Assembly: GCF_943912385.1 (NCBI RefSeq)
Contig: NZ_CALTTY010000005.1
Location: forward strand, 22,746-86,745
From: an uncultured Anaerococcus sp.
Lineage (GTDB): Bacteria; Bacillota; Clostridia; Tissierellales; Peptoniphilaceae
DNA length: 64,000 nucleotides
Direction of reading: 5' to 3'
Shown: positions 51,573 through 61,797 of the stretch, in pieces
Layout: every line of letters starts with the position of its first letter
Position numbering within the stretch: the first letter of the stretch is position 1
The notes under the pieces: generated by a model
Databases searched by the model: none
Seen by the model: the letters and a program-made list of their open reading frames with translations, nothing else
What the model was told of the DNA's origin: nothing
Program-made: the position numbers and the translations under genes

Positions 51573-52291
51573 GATCTCTCTCCTGCAAAACCATTTGTGA
51601 AAACCCCAACCAAGCAAGGTATGAGGATAATTAAGCTAATTATCGGGTTGATTTCCTCATAAAGAGCCGAACATAATAGGATAATAATCATCACAAATTG
51701 ACATATTATCATTCTCTTAAAGGCTAAATATCCTTTTTTATAATATCTTAATTTATCCCTCTCATCAGATTCTGCCATGAATTTGCTATCAAAAAAGAAG
51801 TCAAATACATCAGTTTTTCTTTCTGGCTCAATTTTTCTTACAAGTTTATAAGTTAGGTAAGACAGGATTGAGTTTATAGCTGTAAATACAAATAGGATTA
51901 CAAATATAATCAAAGTGTTTTTTAATGAATCAGAACTTTTTTTCATTTCGTTATAAATAATTATGATAAAAGATAAGAGAGTAAAAAGTCCAGCATCTCT
52001 CATGGAATTGGCATAGTCTATATACTTTGTTTCTATAAATCCATCTTCTCTTAGTCCTTTTTCTACTTCTTTTTTTGCTTTTATATAAAAATATAGGCCA
52101 GAAACGGCGAATACACTACAAAGTCCTATAGTTAAAACCAAGATGTTTTGGCTTAAAAATCTAGAAAGAACTTCAATAAGCCCACCTATATTTAATTTAT
52201 CAAAAATAAAACTTACTCCAAATCCTACTAGTAGTCCAAAACCAGCCAAGGCTATCACGCTAGATATAATGGTTTTCTTATTATTTTTCAT
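51569..52291 (-). CDS. DUF3169-like membrane protein
   Basis: Multiple TM segments, SDERDK motif, located behind an XRE regulator. Confidence 0.65.
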   Translation of the reverse strand: MKNNKKTIISSVIALAGFGLLVGFGVSFIFDKLNIGGLIEVLSRFLSQNILVLTIGLCSVFAVSGLYFYIKAKKEVEKGLREDGFIETKYIDYANSMRDAGLFTLLSFIIIIYNEMKKSSDSLKNTLIIFVILFVFTAINSILSYLTYKLVRKIEPERKTDVFDFFFDSKFMAESDERDKLRYYKKGYLAFKRMIICQFVMIIILLCSALYEEINPIISLIILIPCLVGVFTNGFAGERS

Positions 52292-52493
52292 CACTTTCCT
52301 CCAATCTAAAAATCTCATTAATATCCACACCCAAAACCTTGGCAATTGTTAAAGCCACGGTTACAGATGGGTTGTAATCTCCTCTTTCTATTAGGCTTAT
52401 GGTTTGACGGCTGACTCCGACTAATTTACCAAGGTCTGCTTGGTTTAAGCCCGCTTTTTTTCTAAAATCGGCCAAATTATTTACAAGTTCCAT
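52281..52493 (-). CDS. XRE-family HTH transcriptional regulator
   Basis: GLNQADLGKLVGVSRQTISLIERGDYNPS; GGAGG RBS. Confidence 0.92.
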   Translation of the reverse strand: MELVNNLADFRKKAGLNQADLGKLVGVSRQTISLIERGDYNPSVTVALTIAKVLGVDINEIFRLEESDEK

Positions 52494-52514
52494 CCGCCCT
52501 CCTTTCAAAATAAT

Positions 52515-52563
52515 TGACAACTATTCTTGTCATTATTATATAATTGACAACTTTATTTGTCAA
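52515..52563 (-). promoter_or_regulatory. Consensus sigma-A promoter overlapped by two palindromic operators
   Basis: TTGACA-N17-TATAAT (52563-52535); TGACAA-N6-TTGTCA at 52515-52532 and 52545-52562. Confidence 0.8.
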
Positions 52564-52774
52564 TATTAATCTTATAAATATTTTTTATAAGTTTTTAGAG
52601 ATTTTTATGAAAATTCATTGCATAAGGAAATAAGAGCTTTATTTTAATATTAAATTAGGATCGATTAGGATACATTTCGCATAAAATATGAATAAAAAGA
52701 TAAATTCACATTTTTTATGCATGTTTTGATTTTTAATATATAATATAAGTAAGAATACATCTTAGGAGAAGATT

Positions 52775-53459
52775 ATGTTAGGTGTTGGAATAAATGCTCT
52801 GGCGGTTTTCTTATCAGGCCTTATCGGCCACAAACTTGCTCATTACATAAAACCTTGCTACAAAGACGCAATCATGAAGTTCTTGCCTCTTACAATCATA
52901 GTTATAGGTATAGAATCCGCCCTTAAAGGCGATATGATGGTTGTTCTAATTTCAATAATAATCGGGGTAGTGATCGGTGAATATTTTGACCTAGAAGGCA
53001 AGCTCAATAATTTTGCCAACTTACTTAAGGGTAAATTCATGAAAGATTCGGATAGCGACTTTGCCACAGGCTTTGTATCAGGCACCCTTATTTTTTTGTG
53101 TAGGATCTTTCGGGATTTTGGGAGCAATCGAGGCTGGAGTTAATGGCGACATTTCTCTTTTAATCACAAAGGCGGTCCTTGACAGCTTGTCATCACTTTT
53201 CTTATCAACAACTCTAGGCCTTGGAGTTGCCTGTTCTGCTGGGGTTATCTTTATTTATGAAGCTTTGATTACAATCCTTGCAGGTTTTTTAGCTCCTATC
53301 CTCACACCTGAGATCTTAGCCAATATTTCTGGAGTCGACGGAATTACTATAATTGCAATAGGTCTTTCTATGTTGGATTTTGTAAAGTTTAAGCTTGTAA
53401 ATTCCCTACCTGCCATAGTCATCCCCGTCCTAATTGGCTTATTGATGAATTTATTTTAA
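52775..53459 (+). pseudogene. DUF554 family membrane protein, frameshifted in a T7 run
   Basis: The N-half (..GFVSGTLIF) and C-half (FCVGSFGILG..KAVLD) join if one T is removed from 53091-53097. Confidence 0.8.
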
Positions 53460-53463
53460 ATTT

Positions 53464-53509
53464 AAAACCTCTTTCGGTCTGATTTAAATTTCAACCGAAA
53501 GAGGGTTTT
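53464..53509. terminator. Bidirectional intrinsic terminator
   Basis: AAAACCTCTTTCGGT..ACCGAAAGAGGGTTTT between convergent genes. Confidence 0.85.
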
Positions 53510-53510
53510 C

Positions 53511-54779
53511 TTATATTCTGCCCCTTAGCTCAAGGGCTTTTTCTATCCTTGATAGGCTTAGGATAAAGGCCGCCTTTCTGTAATTTACCTGGTATTTATC
53601 AGCAGTTTCAAAGACTTCTTCTATGGCTTTTGCCATATCTTTTTCTTGTTTTTCTCTAACATAGTCTTCGTCCCACTTTGAACCGGTAATATTTTGGATC
53701 CATTCATAATGGCTTACTAGGACCCCACCTGAGTTTGCTAAAATATCAGGTATGAGCGGGATATTTTTTTTATTTATTATAGCTTCACCCGCCTCTGTCA
53801 CAGGTCCATTTGCCGCTTCTACTACAAGATCTGCCCTTATTGAGTCTGCATTGGTCTCGTCAATTACATTTCCTAAGGCAGCTGGGATTAGTATATCAAC
53901 ATCTAGGGCAAAGAATTCTTCTGTGCTTAGTTTTTTCCCTCCAACATTTAATTCACTGCCAGTTTCTTCCTTGGCTTTGATTACCTCTTCTATATCAAAG
54001 CCTTCTTCATTTAAAACTGTAAAGGCCTCATAAGGAGGATTGGTATCCTTGGAGTTTATAGCGACAAGTTTTGCCCCATCTTCCATTAAATATTTGGCCG
54101 TACTTGATCCAACATTACCAAAACCTTGGATGGCAAAACTCGCTCCTTCAAGACTCTTACCTATTTTTTCATAGTATTTTTTTATGGTGAGATAGACACC
54201 AAAACCAGTTGCAGGCCCTCTTCCAAGAGACCCGCCCATTTCAACAGCCTTACCGGTAAAGGCAGCTATATCATGACGACCTTCATTCAAGGCGATGTAT
54301 TCATCTGTGAAATAGCCCATAATCTTAGCATTGGTGTTTACATCTGGGGCTGGTATGTCAGTTCTTGGCCCAAGATAGTTATTTATAGCCCTTACAAAAC
54401 CACGAGATAAACTCTCTAGCTCCCTTTCTGAAAGCTCAAATGGATTTACAGCTATACCACCCTTTCCGCCGCCGAGTGGCAGGTTGTGGAGGGCAACCTT
54501 AAGGCTCATTAGGGTGGATAGGACCTTTACCTCTTCATAGCTTACCGATTCATCAAAGCGAACTCCTCCTTTGGCAGGCCCCAGGGCTGTAGAGTGGGCT
54601 GACCTGTAGGCCCTAAAGGTCTCTGTTCTGCCATCATCCATCTTGACAGGTATATTTACCTCTATGGTTCTTTCAGGTTCTTTTATAATATTGTAAAAAG
54701 ATTCGGAAAATCCCGCGAGCTTAGAAACTTCCTTTAATTTATTCTGTAAATTTTTAAATTGTTCATTAGCTTTTGTCAT
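53511..54779 (-). CDS. gdhA: Glutamate dehydrogenase (Glu/Leu/Phe/Val family)
   Basis: GPAKGG, GGGKGG, DIPAPD, GFGNVG, EAANGP; start taken at MTKANE. Confidence 0.93.
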   Translation of the reverse strand: MTKANEQFKNLQNKLKEVSKLAGFSESFYNIIKEPERTIEVNIPVKMDDGRTETFRAYRSAHSTALGPAKGGVRFDESVSYEEVKVLSTLMSLKVALHNLPLGGGKGGIAVNPFELSERELESLSRGFVRAINNYLGPRTDIPAPDVNTNAKIMGYFTDEYIALNEGRHDIAAFTGKAVEMGGSLGRGPATGFGVYLTIKKYYEKIGKSLEGASFAIQGFGNVGSSTAKYLMEDGAKLVAINSKDTNPPYEAFTVLNEEGFDIEEVIKAKEETGSELNVGGKKLSTEEFFALDVDILIPAALGNVIDETNADSIRADLVVEAANGPVTEAGEAIINKKNIPLIPDILANSGGVLVSHYEWIQNITGSKWDEDYVREKQEKDMAKAIEEVFETADKYQVNYRKAAFILSLSRIEKALELRGRI

Positions 54780-54865
54780 CTTGCCTTCTTTCTTATTTCT
54801 AAAATTCCAACTTAAGATTATTATACATCTTTTTACCCACAAAAAAACTGGTCCGAAGACCAGCT

Positions 54866-55062
54866 AGACTGTTGACAAAGTGACAAAATCCAAAAGGAAG
54901 CGTTCCATTCGGAAGAAATTTCAAGAAATTCAAATCGAAATAATACGACCTTAAATCGCACTGTTTAAGCTTTGCGAGTTTGCGATTTACAGTATTTTGA
55001 GATTTAGAATTTCTAAATTTCTTTAGTTGGATAAGCGTTTTTGGATTTTGTCTGTGCTCTGA
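54866..55062. mobile_element. About 197 bp palindromic MITE-like element flanked by an 18 bp duplicated terminator
   Basis: CTGGTCC(G/T)AAGACCAGCT at 54848-54865 and 55063-55080; nested inverted arms GACAAAATCCAAAA/TTTTGGATTTTGTC, AAGAAATTT/AAATTTCTT, TAAATCGCA/TGCGATTTA. Confidence 0.75.
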
Positions 55063-55082
55063 CTGGTCCTAAGACCAGCTTT

Positions 55083-58000
55083 TTAATTAGCTTGTTTGAC
55101 TTTGTCCCTAGCAGATGCCATCATTAGCTTAACCCTATTTACTTGGTTTACTTCGCTTGCACCTGGGTCATAATCTATAGCTACTATATTTGCTTCAGGA
55201 TAAACTTCTCTGATTTTCTTCATAACTCCCTTGCCTGTAATATGGTTTGGTAGGCATCCAAAAGGCTGGATACACACAATATTTGGAGCATCTTGCTTGA
55301 TTAGCTCGACCATCTCCCCTGCTAAAAGCCATCCCTCACCTGCCTGGTTACCAAGGCTTGTGACCTCGCTTGCAAGATCAGCTATGTCGTCTATGAAGAC
55401 CGGTTCATCAAAGTGTTCACTTTCTACAAGGGCCTTTCTAATAGGCTTTCTCATTCTTTCTATATAGTTTATTCCTAGACGGGCAAGGCTAGCACTTATA
55501 CCGCTTTTACCGTAGAGATCTTTTTTAAGTTCTGCATTTTTTAAGCAGTACATAAAGAAGTCTGTCAGGTCTGGAACTATTACTTCTGCTCCCTCAGCTT
55601 CTAGGACATCCTGGAGGTGGTTGTTGGCTTCTTCTAGGAATTTTACAAGGATTTCCCCAACTATACCTGCCTTTGGTAGGTCTTTAGAGCAAACTGGAAT
55701 TTCATCAAAATCTCTTACAATCTCTCCTACAACCTTCTTATAGGTCCTGCCGTTCATTGTTCTTATATCATCTGTAAGTTTTTCTATCCATGCTTTTTTA
55801 AGCTTATTAGTAGATCCCTTTTCGATTTCATAAGGTCTGGTTTTATTTGCCAGCCTATTGATTAAATCACCAAGGAGGATTGACCTAAGCATCTTCTTAA
55901 GGAGGGGAGCATTTTTAAGGCTGATTAGGTCAAAGCCAGGACTTTTTTCTATACCCTGGGCTGAGAGAGCTATTACTGGAATATTTGGATAGCCTGCATC
56001 CTTTAGCCCCTTCCTGATATAGCCAACATAGTTACTTGCCCTACATGCTCCTCCTGTCTGGCTCATCAAAAGAGCAATCCTATCTGTATCATAACGACCA
56101 GAGTTAACTGCTTCTAGCATCTGGCCTACAACAGTTATAGAAGGGTAGCAGGAGTCGTTGTTTACGTATTTTAAACCCTCGTTTATAACATCCTTGTCTA
56201 TAGTATTTAAAAATTCTATATTATATGGTGTATCTTTAAAGGCTCCTTCCATTATCTTAAAGTGGTCTCTAGCCATTTGTGGAGCAAGGATCGTATATCC
56301 TTCTTTACGCATTTCCTTGGTAAAAGGTGTTGCCTTTAACTCTTCGTCTAAGTCCCTTGTCTCAAAAACTATGCCTTCTTCTTCCTTTTCTTTGAGGGCC
56401 TCAAGGAGGGACCTAAGCCTAATCTTGACTGCTCCTAGGTTTGAAATTTCGTCAATCTTAAGTAGGGTATAGATCTTTCCTGATGCTTTTAAGATGTCTT
56501 CAACCTGGTCTGTAGTTACTGCATCTAGCCCACAACCAAAGGAGTTTAGCTGGACTAGTTCAAGATTTTTATGACCAGCTACGTATTCTGCTGACCTATA
56601 AAGTCTTGCATGGTAGGACCACTGGTCAAGGACCCTTAGCTTACTATCTAAGTCTCCTACATTGTAGGCTACCGCATCTTCTGATAAAACTGGTAGGTCC
56701 ATTGATTCTATGAGGTCAGCTATACCGTGGTTAATCTCTGGGTCTATATGGTAGGGTCTTCCAGCAAGGACTATGGCCTTCTTGTCTTCTTTTTCTACTA
56801 GATTTATTAATTCCTTACCCTTAGACCTTATAGCATCGTGGTATTCTTGCTCTTTTTCCCAGGCTTTTTTAACAGCATTTTCTATATGTTTTTTCTTTAA
56901 AACATTGCCATCATGTTCATATCCTTCAAAGACTTCTACCATCCTTTTCTTAATAATATCTTCACTTTCAAAAGATATGTAAGGATCCAGGTATTTAATA
57001 TCTTTTAAACCTTCCACATTATTTTCAATTACATCAGGATATCCTGATACGACTGGACAATTCATGTGGTTTTGAGCCTTGTCATACTGTTTATAGGCGT
57101 AGAAAACTGCTGGATAAAAAATCATATCTGGATTTTTCTCTATTAGGTTTTCTATGTGACCATGGCTTAGTTTCGCTGGATAACAGGCAGTTTCTGACGA
57201 TATGGAAGAAATTCCCTTTTCATATATATCTCTAGAAGACTTATCAGATAGGATAATATCAAAGCCTAAGCTTGTGAAAAACTCATGCCAGAATGGATAG
57301 TCTTCGTACATATTTAAGACTCTAGGAATCCCTACTGTACCAAACCTTGCCCTATCACCGAGGGTCTTCCTATTAAAGAGGAGGTCGTACTTGTACTTAT
57401 ACATGTTAAGGTCATCTCTTGACTTATCAAGCTTAACCCCTGCTCCCCTCTCGCACCTATTGCCTGTAACAAACTTACTTCCATTAGAAAATATATTTAT
57501 TAATAGGGCGCAGTTGTTGGAACAACGACCACACCTGGCTGATTTTTGCTCGTAAGAGAAACCATCAAGGTCTGCTGGACTTAAAAGATTAGATATTCCT
57601 GTAGATCTATCTTTTGAAATTAAAGCCATACCCATGGCTCCCATAAGTCCTGCTATCTCTGGTCTTGTAACATCTCTTTCAGATACCTTCTCAAAGGCCC
57701 TAAGGATTGCATCTCCATAGAAGGTTCCACCCTGGACTACTATATTTTCACCGAGGCTTTTTGGATTTCTAATTTTTATAACCTTTTGTATGGCATTTTT
57801 TATTACAGAATAGCAAAGGCCAGCAGCTATATCTGCCACTTCTGCCCCTTCCTTCTGAGCTTGTTTGACCTTGGAATTCATAAAGACTGTACAGCGAGAG
57901 CCTAGGTCAGCTGGATTTTTACTCTTTATGGCTTCTTTTTGGAAGTCTTCCACATCCATGGACACAGATGAGGCGAAGGTTGATAAAAATGACCCACAAC

Positions 58001-59339
58001 CTGAAGAACATGCCTCATTTAGCTGGATAGAGTCAATGACCCCATCTCTGATATGCATGGCTTTCATATCTTGACCACCGATATCTAGGATGAAGTCTAC
58101 ATCAGGGTCAAAAAACCTCGCTGCCCTGTAGTGAGCTATAGTCTCAACCTCACCATTATCAACATGGAGGGCATTTTTTATAAAGTCTTCCCCGTAGCCA
58201 CAAATACCTGATGAGGCTATATAGGCCTTAGGATTTTTCTTCTTATAGGCAGTCTTAAGCATGTCTATACAGACTTCAAGAGGTCTGCCCAGGTTCATCC
58301 TGTAGTCATCTAGGAGGATTTCATTATCTTTTGAAATCCAGACCATCTTTGAAGTTGTTGACCCTGCATCAAGACCAACATAGATTGGGCCTTCATAAGT
58401 TTCAAGGTCTCTGTATTTTACCTTGTCTGTCTTATGTCTTTTCCTAAAATCAAGGTAGTCTTCTTCTGATTCAAAGAGCGCTTCCAATCTCTTAGTCTCA
58501 GTGGTTTTTACTTCCTTATTGCTTGATAGGCTAGCGATTAATTCTTCTATTGAAAAAGTCTTATCGCTTTCGCTGGCTAAAATAGCAGCACCCTTAGCTA
58601 CATAGACTTCGGCATCGTCGGGAATATAAAATGTATTAAAGTCTTCACCTAGAGTTTCTATGAAGCGGTCTCTAAGACTTGGTAGGAAATGAAGGGGACC
58701 ACCAAGAAAAGTGACATTACCCCTAATAGGCCTACCACAAGCAAGGTTAGATATAGTCTGGTTTACCACTGATTGGAAGATAGAAACTCCTATATCCTCC
58801 CTACTTGCCCCTTGGTTCATGAAAGCCTGGATGTCAGTTTTGGCAAATACTCCACACCTTGAGGCTATTGGATAGATTTTCTTATAGTTTTTAGCAAGCT
58901 CATTAAGGCCTAGGGCATCTGTATCTAAAAGAGAGGCCATCTGGTCAATAAAGGCACCTGTTCCTCCTGCACAGATAGAGTTCATCCTCTGCTCTACAGA
59001 ACCTGATAAGTATGTAATCTTAGAATCTTCTCCCCCAAGTTCGATTAGGACGTCAGTTTCCGGGATAAATTCCTTGATTGCCCTGTTTTCTGCTATGACC
59101 TCCTGGACAAAGTCTACTCCGAGTATATCTGCAAGGACCATGCCTCCAGATCCTGTAACATTCACCCTTATCTTATCATCTTTAAACTCGTCACTGGCAT
59201 CGGTGAGGACCTTTTTTACACTCTCTCTCACATCTGACTTGTGGCGGGTGTATACTGCATATTTCATATTAAAGGAACTGTCGGTTATTACAAGCTTAAC
59301 TGTTGTAGAACCAACATCTAAACCCATGTTTAAGTTCAT
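55083..59339 (-). CDS. CoA-substrate-specific enzyme activase fusion (two BadF/BcrAD ATPase domains plus 2-hydroxyacyl-CoA dehydratase-like/DUF2229 domains)
   Basis: GLDVGSTT and GLDAGSTT, CAGGTG, CSSGCGSF, CYP, SFGCGLD, QPFGCLPN. Confidence 0.88.
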   Translation of the reverse strand: MNLNMGLDVGSTTVKLVITDSSFNMKYAVYTRHKSDVRESVKKVLTDASDEFKDDKIRVNVTGSGGMVLADILGVDFVQEVIAENRAIKEFIPETDVLIELGGEDSKITYLSGSVEQRMNSICAGGTGAFIDQMASLLDTDALGLNELAKNYKKIYPIASRCGVFAKTDIQAFMNQGASREDIGVSIFQSVVNQTISNLACGRPIRGNVTFLGGPLHFLPSLRDRFIETLGEDFNTFYIPDDAEVYVAKGAAILASESDKTFSIEELIASLSSNKEVKTTETKRLEALFESEEDYLDFRKRHKTDKVKYRDLETYEGPIYVGLDAGSTTSKMVWISKDNEILLDDYRMNLGRPLEVCIDMLKTAYKKKNPKAYIASSGICGYGEDFIKNALHVDNGEVETIAHYRAARFFDPDVDFILDIGGQDMKAMHIRDGVIDSIQLNEACSSGCGSFLSTFASSVSMDVEDFQKEAIKSKNPADLGSRCTVFMNSKVKQAQKEGAEVADIAAGLCYSVIKNAIQKVIKIRNPKSLGENIVVQGGTFYGDAILRAFEKVSERDVTRPEIAGLMGAMGMALISKDRSTGISNLLSPADLDGFSYEQKSARCGRCSNNCALLINIFSNGSKFVTGNRCERGAGVKLDKSRDDLNMYKYKYDLLFNRKTLGDRARFGTVGIPRVLNMYEDYPFWHEFFTSLGFDIILSDKSSRDIYEKGISSISSETACYPAKLSHGHIENLIEKNPDMIFYPAVFYAYKQYDKAQNHMNCPVVSGYPDVIENNVEGLKDIKYLDPYISFESEDIIKKRMVEVFEGYEHDGNVLKKKHIENAVKKAWEKEQEYHDAIRSKGKELINLVEKEDKKAIVLAGRPYHIDPEINHGIADLIESMDLPVLSEDAVAYNVGDLDSKLRVLDQWSYHARLYRSAEYVAGHKNLELVQLNSFGCGLDAVTTDQVEDILKASGKIYTLLKIDEISNLGAVKIRLRSLLEALKEKEEEGIVFETRDLDEELKATPFTKEMRKEGYTILAPQMARDHFKIMEGAFKDTPYNIEFLNTIDKDVINEGLKYVNNDSCYPSITVVGQMLEAVNSGRYDTDRIALLMSQTGGACRASNYVGYIRKGLKDAGYPNIPVIALSAQGIEKSPGFDLISLKNAPLLKKMLRSILLGDLINRLANKTRPYEIEKGSTNKLKKAWIEKLTDDIRTMNGRTYKKVVGEIVRDFDEIPVCSKDLPKAGIVGEILVKFLEEANNHLQDVLEAEGAEVIVPDLTDFFMYCLKNAELKKDLYGKSGISASLARLGINYIERMRKPIRKALVESEHFDEPVFIDDIADLASEVTSLGNQAGEGWLLAGEMVELIKQDAPNIVCIQPFGCLPNHITGKGVMKKIREVYPEANIVAIDYDPGASEVNQVNRVKLMMASARDKVKQAN

Positions 59340-59754
59340 ATTCTCCCTCTCTATTTGTATAAATCATTTATACAATTTATATTTATAAATATTTATTATA
59401 AAAATTATTCCAACTTTAACTTATATCCGCCCTTTTTACTAGGGTTTACATAATTATATTATACCTTAATTAAAAAAATGTAAAGTCCCTAAGACCTGTT
59501 ATATACTAAGATTAATAGATTAAACCTTCTCCTAGAAATACCTTTTTTAAAAAAATCATATAAGATTTATGTCAAAAATTATCTTCTTTATTATACATAT
59601 AATCAAAAATTTATACAATAGTTATTGTTTATATTTAAGTAAAAAAGACCCAAGCCTAGCTTGGATCCTAATTTTTTATTTTACTAGCTACTCTTAAATT
59701 ATTGTATTCGTTTTAAATTGTACAAATATGTGATGACAATCCATTTCTTAGATA

Positions 59755-60339
59755 TTATTTTATCCCACAAGCATCCTTAGCAAGCCTATCTGCTAGATCA
59801 TTGTACTTATCATTTGAGTGGCCTTTTACTTTTACAAAGCAAATTTCGATTAGCTCTCTTTTATCATCTATAAAGGTCTTGTAGGATTTGGTTAGGTCGT
59901 TGTTTGTCTTCCAATCCCCATCTGCCCAAGATTTAATTCCTTGATAGTCGTGGTAGATTATTATTTTTTTGTATTCCTTTTCGATTGCAAGATCAATAGC
60001 AAGCTCACTTGCCTTGACTTCTCCGGCTACATTCCTATGGGTATAGTAGGAATCAGAATAAGATTTTTTAAAATGCTCTTCCTTGCCATCCTTAATAAGT
60101 ACTACTCCAGCCCCATAGGTTCTTTTAGGGAGGTTAAAAGACCCATCCACATAGGCTATGACCGTATTATTACCTATTTCAATCTTTTTCTTCTCGCCTT
60201 CCATAAAGGCAAGGGCATCTGCCTTAGATTTAAATGACTTATATATGGCCCCTGAATATCCCTTTACTTCTTTAAGACAAGAATCCCAGGATGTATATAT
60301 CCCAGGATTTCTACCTTTTCTAACTGCGTAATATTTCAT
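59755..60339 (-). CDS. rnhA: Ribonuclease HI with an N-terminal hybrid-binding (Cauli_VI) domain
   Basis: YYAVRKGRNPGIYTSW; YVDGS, NVAGE, HDY, KGHS..NDLAD. Confidence 0.9.
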   Translation of the reverse strand: MKYYAVRKGRNPGIYTSWDSCLKEVKGYSGAIYKSFKSKADALAFMEGEKKKIEIGNNTVIAYVDGSFNLPKRTYGAGVVLIKDGKEEHFKKSYSDSYYTHRNVAGEVKASELAIDLAIEKEYKKIIIYHDYQGIKSWADGDWKTNNDLTKSYKTFIDDKRELIEICFVKVKGHSNDKYNDLADRLAKDACGIK

Positions 60340-61796
60340 TAATTTTCTATACTTTCCTTATTGACCCAATAAGTTACCTGGCCAGGTCCAACTGTAAAGA
60401 GGCCGTTGCCGTTTTCATCTATAGTAATATCGTCATTTTTACCGGACATATCTACATAGGTCGCACCCGCCTCGCTTTCGCCAACAAACATTTGTTTTTC
60501 TGCCATATCCTTGATAGAAATTAAAACAACAAGGGGCTTATGATTATCATCTCCCCTTCTTACCCAGCCTACTACAGAAGGGTGGTCAAAGTAGTCGTCT
60601 TCTTCCCCAAAATTATATGCTTTTCTTACAGCCATCATCCTATCGAGCATATCCTTTAATGGGTCTTTTTTTACATCGCCGATAAGGCCATAATAGTCTC
60701 CTGCGAATATACATGGATAGCCATCTTTCCTAAATAAGATTAGGGCATAGGCAATTTCTTTAAACCAGTCTTCTACCCAGGAGTCAAGTGACTGGCCTGG
60801 TTGGGAGTCGTGGTTATCGACAAAGGTTACAGCCTGAGCTGGATATTCTTTAACGATCGTACCATCGAAGATTTTTCTCATGTCATACCCACCCATAGAC
60901 TTACTAGCTTCTGCCATGTGGAAGTGGAGGGGAACATCAAATAGGTCAATCTTATAGTCTGAGTTTTTTAGATAATCTTCTAGGGCTCCTGTATTATATT
61001 GCCAAAATTCTCCGAATAGGTAAAACTTATCTTCACCTAAGTTGTCATAGATATACTTTGACAAGTCATAAATAAAGTCACCCGATATGTGCTTTAAGGC
61101 ATCGTACCTAAATCCATCTACTTTAGTTTCCTTTATAAACCACTCTACCCATTTGAAGATCTCATCCCTTACTTCTGGATGGTTATGGTCTATATCGCAG
61201 TTCATCAGATAATCGAAATTACCTTTTTCACTAGATACATCTTCATTCCAGTATTTTCCATCACCTAGGACTCTATAGATGGCTGATGTTTCACTTTTTG
61301 CGTCATAGTCTATGCCTGTAAAATGGTAGTAGTGCCAAACCATGTCTGAGTATTTTCCGGCTCTTCCCTTAAAGTCAAAACCTGTCCAGCCTTCTATGTC
61401 GACTTCCTCAGAAACATCATTGGCCCTGTCATTTTGATCTACCATGACTGCCTTAAATTCTTCTTTAAAGTCAGCGTTTCCTTTATGGTTTAGAACTACG
61501 TCTGCATAGGATTTAATTCCTACTTCATGGAGGTCTGCTATGGCCTTAATTAATTCTTCCTTAGTTCCATACTTGGTCCTTACGGTTCCTTTTTGGTCAA
61601 ACTCTCCCAGGTCCCATAGGTCATAGACCCCATAGCCAACATCATTATCTCCACCACCCTTACTTGCTGGTGGAAGCCAAAGGGCATCTATACCTGCTTC
61701 TTTTAATTTTTTAGCATCTCTTGAAAGATTTTTATAAAAATTACCGGACCCATCTGTGTCCCATTCAAAAGACTGCATCATTATCTCATTTGCCAT
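60339..61796 (-). CDS. Cytoplasmic alpha-amylase (GH13)
   Basis: MMQSFEW, DVVLNH, GFRYDALKH, GEFW, FVDNHD; no signal peptide. Confidence 0.93.
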   Translation of the reverse strand: MANEIMMQSFEWDTDGSGNFYKNLSRDAKKLKEAGIDALWLPPASKGGGDNDVGYGVYDLWDLGEFDQKGTVRTKYGTKEELIKAIADLHEVGIKSYADVVLNHKGNADFKEEFKAVMVDQNDRANDVSEEVDIEGWTGFDFKGRAGKYSDMVWHYYHFTGIDYDAKSETSAIYRVLGDGKYWNEDVSSEKGNFDYLMNCDIDHNHPEVRDEIFKWVEWFIKETKVDGFRYDALKHISGDFIYDLSKYIYDNLGEDKFYLFGEFWQYNTGALEDYLKNSDYKIDLFDVPLHFHMAEASKSMGGYDMRKIFDGTIVKEYPAQAVTFVDNHDSQPGQSLDSWVEDWFKEIAYALILFRKDGYPCIFAGDYYGLIGDVKKDPLKDMLDRMMAVRKAYNFGEEDDYFDHPSVVGWVRRGDDNHKPLVVLISIKDMAEKQMFVGESEAGATYVDMSGKNDDITIDENGNGLFTVGPGQVTYWVNKESIEN

Positions 61797-61797
61797 A

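Noticed and set aside
52600..52730. TGCATA/TGAATA words resembling ArgR boxes
   Set aside because: Half-site spacing does not fit the 18 bp ARG box
53511..54842. Extended N-termini in the ORF track for gdh (also pepT, the ABC genes, the XRE gene and deoC)
   Set aside because: Downstream ATGs, mostly with better RBS placement, fit the family N-termini better
1632..59388. Numerous short opposite-strand ORFs in the ORF track (for example 7473-7781, 19000-19443, 48009-48431, 16903-17262)
   Set aside because: They are shadows antisense to well-supported genes, with no motifs or RBS
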